Assembly: GCA_020137815.1 (NCBI GenBank)
Contig: CM035357.1
Coordinates: 3,224,001 to 3,288,000, forward strand
Origin: Hormiphora californensis
Taxonomy: Eukaryota; Animalia; Ctenophora
Reading direction: 5' to 3'
DNA: 64,000 nt
Shown: piece after piece, positions 11,458 through 25,081 of the stretch
How the letters are laid out: every line of letters begins with the position of its first letter
Numbering within the stretch: the first letter of the stretch is position 1
Notes under the pieces: generated by a model
What the model was told of the DNA's origin: nothing
Databases searched by the model: none
What the model saw: only the letters and a program-made list of their open reading frames with translations
Made by a program: the position numbers and the translations under genes

Positions 11458-11566
11458 CATGAACCGACCGAATCAGGAAATACTGGGCCCTGATTGGCTG
11501 ATAACCAGTCACGTGACTTAAATAACGAGTTCTGATTGGTTGTTTACTTGTTTCGGTCGGTTCCTG
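11458..11566 (-). mobile_element. 109-bp CAGGAACCGACCGA-type MITE copy
   Basis: Short TIRs and TSD ccaggata. Other copies lie at 15962-16054, 28889-28997, 35110-35218 and (degenerate) ~7611-7700. Confidence 0.85.
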
Positions 11567-11760
11567 CCAGGATAGTTACTCACATGCAATGTGGAATGTT
11601 TGTTTCAGGGGCTTTGTATGAAGCTAAAATCACGCGTCACACCCTGATCATATCTTTGACGCCCAGTTGTCGCCCATTATTCTTACATCCCTCGACAATT
11701 CACTCTCCCTCCCTTTTTCTTTATCACTTTCCCTTTCTAACTCCATCTCCCCTCTCTTTT

Positions 11761-11864
<104 letters not shown>

Positions 11865-12172
11865 CGCTGAAAATCTCATTTCATCTTCTAAGATTTTGTT
11901 CACATGGCTCTAATTTATCCAGCTCCCTCCCCTTGATACGATCTAACGAGATATGATCCTTGCTTTTTCTATTTAATCTCTGAAAACTCATCATCCCTCC
12001 CCCTCGTCTAGGGGACTAACAAACTCATCAGTGCCTAGCTAATATCCTGTTTATATCTTTCTCTCGCCCCTCTATCTCTTTCTTTGTATCTCTCTCTCCC
12101 TTTTTCTCTCTCTCTCTCTCACCCCTCCATCTCACACCAACTCTCCGACTAACACCATCCTTCCTACGACAG

Positions 12173-12257
12173 AGCAAGAATATTGCGAAATGTGGTCTGC
12201 GAGAGTGAACAACAGACAGTGCCCGAGAACACCCTGCTCAAGGTTCTACGAAGGGAG
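12173..12257 (+). other. Candidate upstream exon, possibly 5' UTR of the BEN-domain gene
   Basis: ctaac branch point at 12149, pyrimidine tract plus acag|, and a perfect AG|GTAAGT donor. Confidence 0.45.
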
Positions 12258-13325
12258 GTAAGTTTAAACTGACAAGTTTGTAAATCGCGCCTACCGTTGC
12301 ATCGCGAGGAGGGGGTTGAGACTTTAGAGCTGGGGCAGGTCGGTGGAAACTAAACCAAATGAACATCATGGAAATTGGGCGAGATTCGGAAAACTTTTAT
12401 CACGGATCCATTCTTCTAGATGATCTCACTCGTTTTCTTGTGAGACGGCGGCGACCCTGTCGATTCCGTAGAGAGTGCAAGTGGCGGTTTTTCGCGGTTC
12501 GCGCGCAAAATCCGAGTTGAGAGAAAAGTAGACACGATGTGAGCATTTGACTTGAAAAGGCCGCGCCGCGCACCAGACACATGGGAAAGAGAGATCGAGA
12601 AGATGGGTCCCAAATCACACCGGTTTCTGGTTCTTGATTCTGTCATGCTCGGAACGGTTGATAATTGAACAGGTTTGTTCATGTTGCGATTCTTGAACAA
12701 ACAAAGATTCTAAAACTAACGGTTTGAATCTTTGGACCATAATCGTGGTCCTTTCAAACGATAGTATCGTGAATTACATTCGGGCGGATTTGAAATAATT
12801 ACACTTTGAGTCAGATAATACCTGAATGAATTTATTTCAATGTCTTTGAAATCAGTGTGTGGAGGTAGGGTCACGAGTAAAAGGAGGGGGAGAATTATTT
12901 AGTGAATCAGGTGTGATATCGGGCATTGGACAGAATTCAATTGCACTACATAATTTTATAACTACAAGGTCCAGTTAAGAAAGAATCAATCGTGACACAT
13001 CTTTCTACCATAATTGGAGAGGGAAAGAAGGGTGGAAAGAGAGAGAGATAGTTAAAGAGAGCAGGAAGAAGAAGAAGAAAATGAGACATATTCTCATATT
13101 TAAATTAGAGACATATATCATCGGCGGGGATGTGAAGAGATATCTCTCAGGGGGAGATAAAGAGATAACATTAGACTGACAGATAAGAGGGGGGTTCTTT
13201 CGCCGGCTCTCGACATATCTTCTTCTCTTTAACAGCATCTCCCCCTTTAATTTAACTCTCAACCAACAACTGTTTGATTGCAATGAGATTGAGAGAGATG
13301 CATCCGTCTACTGAATATATAACTA

Positions 13326-13497
13326 CAGTCGGACCCCGATTTACCGGGATGCTCGGGGGAAAGGGTTTTGCCCGGTAAATCGGGGTGCCCGGTATATCGG
13401 GGTGAAAAACTGTTAATATTCTATATCGGGGGAAGTTTATCCTCCCGGTAAATCGGGGTTCCGGTAAATCGGGGCCCGGTAAATCGGGGTCCGACTG
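13326..13497. mobile_element. Tc1/mariner/pogo-type MITE (CAGTCGGACCCCGATTTA TIR, TA TSD)
   Basis: ta|cagtcggaccccgattta...taaatcggggtccgactg|ta, with internal TAAATCGGGG repeats. Confidence 0.9.
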
Positions 13498-14538
13498 TAT
13501 ATATACATACCTATATATCTCTTGCTCCCCTCATCTCTCTCTCCCTCTGTCTTGTTCACGGCTCTGATACATATCTCTCAGTTAGGCCATATATAGGCGG
13601 GGAGGAGGTTATGCAATATTCCGAGTGTGATGAGATATGTATCTCTCACTCCACCGTATGTGTGGATCACGTGAGTCGTATCTCTTAGATATTATATACG
13701 GGGGGATGGATATATGGAGAGAGAGAACCTTCTAGTACTTACCTAGAAAGAATCTTAGAGAGAGAGGGAGAGAGAGAGAGATAACCAACGAGAAACGATG
13801 TTAATACAGGATATATATCTCGGCAGCGAGATACTGTCTTAAAGAGATAAGCACCAAGAGATATATATACGGGATATCTCTCTGAGAGAGATATGGCTGC
13901 GAGATATGCGCCGATGGGGGGAGATAACGAGACGAGGATGATATGAGATAAAGATGGGGCTGCTGGCGGGGGGTTGGATGCAGCAGGGGAGAGAGAAAGT
14001 AATCAATAAGATAGAGATAGTCTCCTCTCCAGGGACCCGAGTTGTGTTGCGCTTGCCTCAAAAAAACTCATATTCTATCCTGGATATGTATCATATCTAG
14101 TCGCGAAAAACTTGGATATTATCTCTAGTCACGGTATCATGGAGTGGTGAATCATATACATCTGACAACAATGTGTTTTATAGGTCGATAATTGTACCCC
14201 CAATACCCTACATACTATCCTGACAAGCCTATTTCCAACAACCCGCAAGTTGGCCTTCCAATCAGGTAAATTAAAGCTCTAATTAAATAGTCAATTAAGC
14301 CGAGCTTATCATAAAAAAGTTCGGCAGTGCAATACTTCATCTCAATTCTATCTCAGTACTTTTTTTGAGCGATCAAACATCGAGATCGGATCGATATCAT
14401 CCGACTATTTTTACATGTCACCCGAATAACTGTACTGCTTTGTTTAACTTGCTTCTCCCCCCTCCGCCCCAAATCATTATTTTGTGGTCCTCCTTTGTTT
14501 AGCCTTCTTGGAGTGCCTTTTTGAAGGTTTGACAACTA

Positions 14539-15585
14539 CAGTCGGACCCCGATTTAACGGCACCCTCGGGGGAAAGGGTTTTGTCCGTTAAATCGGGGTG
14601 TCCGTTAAATCGGGGTAGAGCATATTTGGTCCATAAAACCCTATTTTTGTCCAAAATGCTGTACTAAAACACCTCTAAGTGTTAAATGCAATGTCCATGT
14701 ATTGATTACATGATCATTTCTGATTAGAAAAAGAAAGTAATTTCAAAGTAATTTCAAAATAAGTTATAAAAATTTTCTCAGGTACTATATCAACCACGTT
14801 CGAATCGTTTATCGAATCAGTGCATCTTATCACGGTCGCTTGTAGTGGGAAAACGGTAATGGAAAACGAAGATACAGTAAGACGACGCGCAACCGTGACC
14901 AATCAGGGGGCTAGTACGTGCTGACACATGAACTTTTTGCCGCGCGTTATGCACCGTGCGCGTCTCCTTACTGTATTTTCATTACGGTAATTTGACTACA
15001 AGCAGCACTGTATCGCATGTCTTGCTGCTAATTAGACGAACCGATACGTGATACCATGCCGAATCGGGGCACTTTAAGCGGGGTGAGGAAGAATTTGAAT
15101 TTCAAAATATATTTTTCTCTGAAAAATCATGGGAGCACCGATCAAAGCTTTGACAATCATTCTGTAAAATTTTGCAAAAAAAGTTATGAAAATTGTTCAA
15201 AGGTATATCAACCACGTCCGAATCGTGTTTCGAATCAGTGCATTTTATCGCACGTCCTGTCGCTAATTAGACGGTTCGAAACGAACCGATACGTGATCCC
15301 CATCAGGCCAGTTTAACAAGCGTCAAAATTGTGATTCGATGGGCCTCACGGGGATCACATATCTGTTCGTTTTGAACCGTCTAATTACCGGCAAGACATG
15401 CAATAAGATGCACCGATTCGAAACACGATTCGGACGTGGTTTTTCAAAAAATATTCAAAAAAAATTTCAAAAAAAATTTCAAAAAAAAATTTCAAAAAAA
15501 ATTTCAAAAAATTTTGGGGGAAATTTATCCTGCCGTTAAATCGGGGTGCCGCTAAATCGGGGGCCGTTAAATCGGGGTCCGACTG
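14539..15585. mobile_element. Long copy of the CAGTCGGACCCC MITE family with ~900 bp of internal sequence
   Basis: Same TIRs and TA flanks; the interior contains related inverted/direct segments. Confidence 0.85.
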
Positions 15586-15665
15586 TATAATTATCATCAT
15601 GGTCGCGTGAGCGGCCCCCATCACCATTATAACAAACCTCGATTCAACCTCTTTAACTTTCTATT

Positions 15666-15731
<66 letters not shown>

Positions 15732-15961
15732 AGCATCTCTGCTTTCTTCTTCCACCCATTTAGCGATCTACTATTCCCCTACTGATAGAACGACCTGTCT
15801 ATTTCGTTAATTTGCTCTGTCCAATATAAACCCTTCTATATCTACAACTAGATCTGAATAACAACTGATATTATAGTAACCTTGTAACCATTCTAGGACG
15901 TCAGACCTTCCAATTATTAATCAGTTTCTAGCCTCTGATTGGTTCCCGTCAAATAGTAGTT

Positions 15962-16054
15962 CAGGAACCGACCGACACAAGTAAACAACCAATCAGAACT
16001 CGTTATTTAGGTCACGTGACTGTTTATCAGCCAATCAGGGACCAGTATTTCCTG
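15962..16054 (+). mobile_element. 109-bp CAGGAACC MITE, 3'-degenerate copy
   Basis: Matches 28889-28997; gtcaaatagtagtt is duplicated on both flanks. Confidence 0.8.
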
Positions 16055-16778
16055 ATATTCCTTGTCAAATAGTAGTTACTTCGAGGTGATTCACCTAATT
16101 GTATTTGAACTGTTGGTACAGTTGTCTACGCGAAATGTTCAACTAATTTTACCCAGCTACGATAAATCAATAATAATCGAGTAATCTTTCTCTCATAGAT
16201 TCCTCATCAACATAACAAATCTCGGATTCGCTTTGCTACTTCCAACTTACTTTTGTCCGAAGTCAGCCCTATAATTACGAATGCTTTTATTTTCCCATTG
16301 GCTGTTTCTTCATTTGTCCGACAAGTTTTTTTCGTCGCGGCTGATCAATATTCACATCTCTACAACTACAGCATTGACGCCCTGACCAAGCTTTTTCTTA
16401 TGCAAATTCCCGCCTGATCCACTTTATTATTATAAATCTCATTCTGTTTTCTCTCCCTCACTCTTTCTCCCTATCTCCCTGGTTCTCCCTCCCTATATCT
16501 CTCCCATGCTGCGTGGGGTGCTGTTCTAATAAAGCTCAACAAAGTGTTGCTTGCACTATTTAACGAAGATTTACAGTCACCCCTCATTTTCCACTACCTC
16601 CGCCGATTTTCTGTCGCGATAAAGATAATGATTGGGTGATTTACCTGTCGCGGGTTTTTTCCCAGCTCACTAACGAGCTGTCATTTTACTGGGTAAAAAA
16701 TCACACTAAATTGCTCCCTAGGATATAACAGATTTATCACTCCAATGGGGCTTCCGCCTTGCTCTCTCTCTATCTTCT

Positions 16779-16822
<44 letters not shown>

Positions 16823-17135
16823 ATCCTATCTTCTCTCTCTCTCTCTCTTTTTTATCCACAGTCTTGGTAATTTATTGTTACTGGGAAAAAGTACTTCTGA
16901 AAAAGTAAAAAAATTAGACTGTCTGGGCAAAATAAAAGCACAATTTGCCACCCTCCCAGTATTAAAAAGGGACATCGTTTTGCTGTGTGCCCTGAACAAG
17001 GAAGGTTAGGCAGCCGGAAAAAGAGGGGCTGCAGTTTTTGCTACTTGGATACCTTAGATTCTCCCTCGTCGCGTACCAATTAGTAAATATGTAGGGCGTT
17101 GTAACTAGTCCCGGCGGGTTATTCCTTCCACTCTT

Positions 17136-17186
<51 letters not shown>

Positions 17187-17465
17187 TCTCTATCTCTCTC
17201 TCTCTCTCTATCTCACTTGCCTCTTCATTTTTGGTGCATCGTTTCCCCACTCCATTTCTATTGCATCGGCTATTATATTTTTGTATTTATTTGTGTCCCT
17301 CCGACAAGCGTCATATATATGTTGACCACCCCTTTTATTGTCATCCTCTCTCTCATTGGCCCCGCATAGTCCGGTGAACTTTCTTCTTAGGAAGATTCTT
17401 AACTTTCTTCTTTATAAGAAGGTTTCGCTAAGAACGTTTCCGAAAATACAGATGGGAGTAATATA

Positions 17466-17637
17466 CAGTCGGACCCCGATTTAACGGCACCCTCGGGGGA
17501 AAGGTTTTTGTCCGTTAAATCGGGGTGTCCGCTAAATCGGGGTCAAATATGGTTGATTTTCTGTATCGGGGGAAGATTATGCTGCCGCTAAATCGGGGTG
17601 CCGCTAAATCGGGGGCCGTTAAATCGGGGTCCGACTG
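17466..17637. mobile_element. CAGTCGGACCCC MITE (nested)
   Basis: TIRs and TA flanks as at 13326. Confidence 0.9.
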
Positions 17638-17692
17638 TACAATCTTCTTAGCGAATTTGTCGTTTCTGAACCAATACTTAGGAAGAAAACTC

Positions 17693-18763
17693 GGTACTAC
17701 CCGCATCCTCCATATCCTTAAATCGATAGTGTTTACGCAGTGAATACAGAGCGAATGCAGAGTGAATGCAGAATGAATGCAGAGTGAATGCAGAGCGAAT
17801 GCATCGCGAATGCAGAGTGAATGCAGAGCGAATGCAGAGTGAATGCAGAGTGAATGCAGAGTGGTTCCAGAGTGAATACGCAGTGAATGCAGAGCGAATA
17901 CGCAATCATTGGTAATATCCTACCAGAACTAGAATGCCGTAAATACGCAGTGATAAAAAATTGGATATTGTATGGTAAGTCACAAGCAAACAGGCATGAG
18001 GCCGGTAACGCAAACAAAAGGAAGAGGGAGATAGAGAGGGAGAGGGAGATAGAGAGAGGGAGATAGAGATAGAGATAGAGAGGGAGATAGAGAGGGAGAT
18101 AGAGAGGGAGATAGAGAGGGAGAGGGAGATATAGAGATAGAGATAGAGATAGAGATAGAGATAGAGATAGAGATAGAGATAGAGAGGGAGATAGAGAGGG
18201 AGAGGGAGATAGAGATAGAGAGAGGGAGATAGAGAGAGGGAGATAGAGAGAGGGAGATAGAGATAGAGATAGAGATAGAGAGGGAGATAGAGATAGAGAT
18301 AGAGATAGAGATAGAGAGGGAGAGGGAGAGGGAGATAGAGAGGGAGAGAGAGAGAGACAAAACCACTTTTTTCGGGTTGTAGCAACAATATCCAATTTTT
18401 TATCACTGCGTATTTACGGCATTCTAGTTCTGGTATGATTGCGTATTCGCTCTGCATTCACTGCGTATTCACTGCGTATTCGCTCTGTATTCACTGCGTA
18501 TTCACTCTGTATTCACTGCGTAAACAGTTCTGGTAGGATATCCCCAATGATTGCGTATTCACTCTGCATTCACTGCGTATTCACTCTGGAACCACTCTGC
18601 ATTCACTCTGCATTCACTCTGCATTCGCTCTGCATTCACTCTGCATTCGCTCTGCATTCACTCTGCATTCACTCTGCATTCGCTCTGCATTCGCTCTGCA
18701 TTCACTCTGTATTCACTGCGTAAACACTATCGATTTAAGGATATGGAGGATGCGGGTAGTACC
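17693..18763. mobile_element. Merlin-like foldback MITE with GG termini, 8-bp TSD, 11-bp subrepeats and a central GA-rich microsatellite
   Basis: gaaaactc|ggtactacccgcatcctcc...ggaggatgcgggtagtacc|gaaaactc; arms of (gcagagtgaat)n in inverted orientation. Confidence 0.85.
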
Positions 18764-18870
18764 GAAAACTCACGCTCCATATTGGTGTCATGTGACAGTA
18801 CACAACCAATGGAGTGCTAAGATTCGAATGGCGATAACCAATAGCAATCGAGCAAACATGGGGTTTAAAT

Positions 18871-19608
18871 GGGGGGGGGGGCGGCTGAAGTTTTTGAAGT
18901 TTGAAGTTTTCCACCCTATTTTTTGAGTTTTTGAAGTTTTTGAAGTTGACTTCAAAAACTTCAAAAACTTCAAAAACTCTAAACTACTTTTATATGCTAT
19001 CAGTGACAATTATTACACTTGTTTAGGTTAGTTTCATGCTTAATACATATTGTGGCAAAGTTATCCGTCCTTGTCTGCCCTTTTTCTACCATAAATTAGG
19101 ATATTTACAATGATTCCTAGCCATGAAATCCATGGCACAATTTGGTGTAAAAAATTCAAGTTTTTTATAAAAACAGATTTCATTTTCATTCTATAACTCA
19201 AAAAATTACCTAGAAAATGCAAAGAAAGTGTTTAAAAATTATCAAGTAAATTTAAAAAAAATTTTTTGGGGGTAGGTGCCAAAATGAAGTCTCCACCTCA
19301 TCTAATTCGAGGGATTATGGGATATTTTCATAATTTTGTGTGTGCGCATGACTTTTTTTGGGCTAGACCAGTTTTAATGGTTTATGAGTGACTATGGGCT
19401 TTTTAAAGGGGTGCATCTTGTTCGGAATATGCAAGTTTATATAAGAGTTATGAAGCAACATAGGGCCTATCTTCAACGGTTTAGGAGATATGGGTTTTTG
19501 AAGTTTTTGAAGTTTTTGAAGTTTTCCACCCTAAGTTTCTCTTTGAAGTTTTTGAAGTCGACTTCAAAAACTTCAAAAACTTCAGCCGGCCCCCCCCCCC
19601 CCCCCCCC
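18871..19608. mobile_element. Poly-G/poly-C-ended MITE with TTTTTGAAG subrepeats
   Basis: TIR g(n)cggctgaagtttttgaag; 8-bp TSD gtttaaat. A longer sister copy lies at 26454-27284. Confidence 0.9.
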
Positions 19609-20669
19609 GTTTAAATTGAGGGGTGAATTAGCTGGTACACACAATATTTTGAATCTCTGTAGGGCGTGGGCCACAGCTTAATCTGTAATCATGTGCATTA
19701 TGCAATTGGATATGTCTCCGGTGTCAACTCGTTCCCATCCATTTCGAACAGTTTAAGAAATCTAAAGGAGATGGAATTTTGTGTTTATTGCATTTGTGGA
19801 TAATAGAGGTGCATGTTATGATTATAGAGGTACAACATGTTCATTTTATGATTTCTTCCTTTTCATTTGCATTTATCGTCCTATGATGCTTTAGAGTCAC
19901 AGCAAGACCCATAATTTTCAATTTTTGAAATGAAAACTAGCAATACCCACTACCAACCGATTTAAATATAACTCTATTGGACGTTGCGTCAACAGAAAAT
20001 GGTTGTTTATTAATGTATGGTTGACCAAAATCATCATTTTTATGATATTAGCTCTAAAAATGGCCAAAAATACATTTCAAACAGAGCAAGAATATAATTC
20101 CTAAGTCGGCTTAAGTAAGGTCCGGAGCTGTCCTAACTTTCTGGGCCACTTAGGAAGAAAAAAGAGAGCTAAGAACATTCTTAGACCGCTAAGAAAGAAA
20201 TTTCTAGGACTCACGCAGTTTTAATTCAATTATAGGGAACTTAGGAAGATAATTTAGGAAAATTCTTCACGCTAAAAAATCTTCCTTAGTGCCATGTTCG
20301 GAAACAACAATCTAACTTTCTTCCTAAAACGGCCAAAAAGTTCCTAAGAATCTTCATAAACCTGTTCAGAAAAGAGCCCCAGTTCACCGGACTATGCGGG
20401 GGGGGGGGGGGGGAAGGAAGGTAGTGGCCGCCGGCGGCTTCACCCATCTATCATTATTCCTATTGCGGAGAGAAAGAGAGAGATATGTGTGCCTCCGCCA
20501 CCCAGGATACTAGCGGGGGAAAGATCTCTATATTTTCTGTATCTCTATCTCTCATTTTCTGTATCTCTATCTCTAGTTATGATATACCTCCCCCGTATCC
20601 CCCTGCTTCTGCTCTCACTACCCGATTATTTTTCGACCGCTGGTGTTTCTCCCTCACGCGCCCTCTCCA

Positions 20670-20726
<57 letters not shown>

Positions 20727-21172
20727 CCAAGATATCTCTCTCTCCGTATCTCCCATTCCAAGATATCTCTCCCACTCTTTCTGCCTGTCATATGATGGCA
20801 AGATACGTATCTCGCGTAAATATAGAGACTGATGTATTCCGAGCTACTTTACGGTCATTGGAAGATATATATCTTGTTGCGCTTATGATATATCTTTCTC
20901 TTCTCGTTTCTTCTCTCCTTTTGTTTCTCCCACATTCTCTTATCATTCGTTATCTTTTGTTTGGATATATCGCCATGTTGCGAAGATCTTCCATCTCGTT
21001 TAAAGTGTAACCTGGTTCCTTCAAAGTTCAGTTTAGAAAAAGAGGTATAAATACCACTGAGCATATCTAGTACAGTACCACACACCTTGTTCTATTCCAC
21101 TCATCTCTCTAACTTTGACACATCTCTCATTTTGAGGAGGGAGATGGGGAACAAGGAAGAGAGAGGGGAGAA

Positions 21173-21203
<31 letters not shown>

Positions 21204-21560
21204 AGAGAGTGGATAGAGATTCATGGGTGCCGAGGATAGTTTCGTTTCGCGGGTAGTGATGATATTGATGTTGTGTGCATTGTTTGAGACCTGTCCACCC
21301 GTTATTGAGATAGATATACATGAGAAGAAGAAAGGGGAATAGATTGAACGGGGGATCTATATCAGTGTTCTTAATGGTAGTAGCCAATGGTCGCGCAATT
21401 AAATCACCCTATTCAGTAGTGATATATATCTCGGGGTGGTGGTGGGGGATTGAAAGAGAGAAGGAGATACCCCCCTCCAACCGCCAATAAATCTTCCAAC
21501 AAAGGTTTCAGAACACACGACTTATCATCTTGTACGCTCTTTCAATCAATCTCTCTCCTC

Positions 21561-21623
<63 letters not shown>

Positions 21624-21753
21624 CCATTGCCTGAGGTATTGTAACAGCAAACCCATCACGCAGCCTCTATTTCTCGATTTAGGTCTTGGGAGAAAAGTGA
21701 TCCTTTGTGTACAAACTCCTCCTTCCACTTACAGTGCCGTTGTCATCTATATT

Positions 21754-21785
<32 letters not shown>

Positions 21786-21788
21786 AGA

Positions 21789-21842
<54 letters not shown>

Positions 21843-22646
21843 GCCTTCATATCTCTCTTTCTCGCTCTGCCTTCATATCTCTATTTCTCGCTCTGCCTTC
21901 ATATCTCTCTTTCTCTCCCTGCCTTCATATCTCTCTTTCTCGCTCTGCCCTCATATCTCTCACTAACACAACCCCACATAACTGTGTTCTTTCCTTGTCC
22001 CTGTTTTTCCAATTCATTAGGATTCGGTCATTATACTAAATGGAGGGGAGAGAGAGAGAGGGAGCGGGGAGATTGAGAGGGAGAGGGAGAGAGAAATGTT
22101 GGTGCTTGTTGCTCTCACTTATCTGGTACATCTGTGGAACTTGCGTGTTGATCCCTCTCCCTGCAGCTCATTAACCCTTCTTTGTTTAGAACTTAACTTG
22201 ACAAGCCCCCTCGTTTTCACACCTCTCCTATCTTTTTATGGATCATCCCCGTGCACCTCTCCTATCTATCTATCTTTCCTTCTTTTTTATATCTCTCTTG
22301 CTTTGGTTCTGGCCCATCTAGTTTTATATTGATAAAAAGGTCATTCTATATAGATATCTGCTGTGCTGGTGGTTATATACCCCAACATTATACATATTAC
22401 CCACATACCACGAGAGAGATGAGATCAGGCTGAGATGGAATGAAAAATGATCCATACGAGATAGGGATAGAGATAGAGGGAGGGCTGAGAGAAGAAAAGA
22501 GAGGGCTGAGAGATCAGAACAGTGCAAAATTAGCGTTTCTTCGATGGTGCGCCTGGGCATTCCCTTTGTTTTACCCACCTTTTCTCGTCTTTTTTGCTCT
22601 CCATTATCACCAACCAACTTATCTTTTGCTCCATATCTCTTTTTTT

Positions 22647-22712
<66 letters not shown>

Positions 22713-23042
22713 GATCTCTCTCTCCTCCTTTTTGACATTCCCGATAAGATAAGTTAACACCACCTGAGAGACAAAAGAAGAAGCGAGATTGAGATAAAAG
22801 CCCCGTTACCATGTTGAGGGAGAGAAAACGAGAAAAAGGGCGTGTGGGTCAAATAAATAATATTCTGGGAATATTCTTCATATTTTAATTTTCATCTGAC
22901 CTCTTCATCTTCAGATTATTTCTCGGTATCCATTCCGCTCCATTTGAAGATCTTCCGTTTCTGAACTGTTATCTTTCTTTGAATTTTTTAGATATGAATC
23001 AGGTCATAAGTTAGGGTATTTCAATTTATGGTGCCTCTCTCT

Positions 23043-23107
<65 letters not shown>

Positions 23108-23408
23108 CTTCCCTCTGATCTGCTATATATTTCTGTCCGTCGAGTTGCTTTTTATCTCTTCTTCCCCCTCTCCGTTGTTAGCTGAGGGACCCATCGCATC
23201 GTTGGTGCATTTTCAATCCTTTTCTTTTGAAGAGGTAGGGTGCGAGAAAGAGAGAGAGAGAGAGAGATGTGAGAGAGAAAGAGATAAAACGAGAGAGAGA
23301 GACGCATTTATTCCTCTTTTCAATTGTCCACTCATATTTATTTCACAACTCTAACCAACTCTTCGTATCCCCGTTGTTAGTAGCATTAATACGTTCAAGT
23401 GATTTCTT

Positions 23409-24116
23409 GGTTTCATTGTTCACACCAATGGCACTATGGGGTCAAAACGCGCGTTTTTCCGGTCAGGCTCGCAAAAATACGCCGTTTTTAGCGCAGGAAA
23501 CGCCACCCAAAACAGACGCCGCTATGAATGCGTGTGATGTCTAATGGCCATAAAAACGGGTCTAACATGTGGTCCATCGTTTGGCACACAAAATAAGACC
23601 AAACTTGGATCTATAATCTGCATAATGAGAGAATGAGAGCCATTTGAAAACTTTAACATGAATTTTTTTTTCGCTATTCGGAGCGTGGACATATTTGGTA
23701 CCAAAATGGTCAGGGGGCTGTACTGGATAGTCTGAAACCAAATTTGAGAAGGTGCGGGCAAGCGAACTTTGACTTTTTGCAGTATTTATGCTAAAAAAAT
23801 CGCTTTCCAGTGCCAATTTTATGTGTAAAATGCGCAACAGGGTCGAGATTTAAAGCTCTGTTGCGCGTTCTGGGGCCATAAAAACGGCATCTCGCGAGCT
23901 GACCGGAATTGACCCCATAGTGAATGGTGTTGGCGGGTGTGACATGACATCGAAGACGCTCATTTAGACGTTTCGGCTGTTTCAAACTTTCATCAACTAC
24001 AACGTAAAACTATTTATTGAGCATTATTGATAATGGCCGTACAGCCGAAACGTCTAAATGAGCGTCTTCGATGTCATGTCACACCCGCCAACACCATTGG
24101 TGTGAACAATGAAACC
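23409..24116. mobile_element. TIR element (ggtttcattgttcacaccaatgg) with an internal ~60-bp inverted duplication
   Basis: Inverted termini; 23923-23980 is the reverse complement of ~24042-24098. Confidence 0.7.
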
Positions 24117-24356
24117 AGCCTCCACCATCTCCAAATACGTTCAAGTGAGATTAGAGCCAGCTCTGTATCTTCTTTCACAATTTCCTAGAAACTCTCTAGG
24201 ATACCCTTCTTTCTAGGAAACTCTCTAGGATGCCCTTCTTGATCAAACCCAGGTGGTGGACCTTTAGGCGGCTGACCCTGTAAGGTTTAAAGACTTTCCT
24301 TTCGAACAGGTCAAGATCTTTCCATTGAAATTCCAGGATATATCTCGTAATTTCTC

Positions 24357-24425
<69 letters not shown>

Positions 24426-25081
24426 CTCTCTCTCTCTCACTCACTCACTCACTCACTCACTCACTCTCTCACTCTCTCACTCACTCTCTCTCACTCTCTA
24501 TCTCTCTCTCTCTCTCTCTCACTCACTCACTCTCTCTCTCTCTCTCTCTCACTCTCACTCACTCTCTATCTTTCCCACTTATTCACGCTTAACCATCTGA
24601 CTATTGATAGAGATCTCCCCGCTAACCGCACGTCACGATATGCATGACGCTTTGAGTTATCCGGTATCCGCTTCTTGGTTTGTTAACTGTCTCAACTGAC
24701 ATAGCTATTTCCCATTTGTAGAGGGGGTAGGAGCACCGGGAGGTAATGAGTAAACACACACACATTGAGCAAGCCAGCCGGTGAATAGCTAAATTGAGCT
24801 TGCTCAATGTGTGTGTGTGTTTACCTATTTCCCATTGCCCCCGAAACTTCCTTGAACTGTCTCCGATTTAATCCGATGCTATTCCCCCTTTAAATCGCTT
24901 GAAATTTAACTTGATTTCCATAGTTTGTTTGTTGGTGTTGTTCGAAAGTGCTGCGATTCACCTCAAACGACAAGCACTCCAAGGAGTCTAACTCCCGGCT
25001 TAACCTTTACCTACGCGTACGCATCATTTAAACATCATCATTCTCCCTTTAGAAGTCCTGTATTCTGGGGTGAGTTTAAGA

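Larger units (their letters stand above)
17360..20400. mobile_element. Host TIR element (ccccgcatagtccggtgaact termini) containing three nested elements
   Basis: 21-bp inverted termini at 17360 and 20381-20400; ttaggaaga-like subrepeats in both outer segments. Confidence 0.7.

Noticed and set aside
17733-18820. Several 90-220 aa ORFs
   Set aside because: They derive from the microsatellite and 11-bp subrepeats of the Merlin-like MITE.
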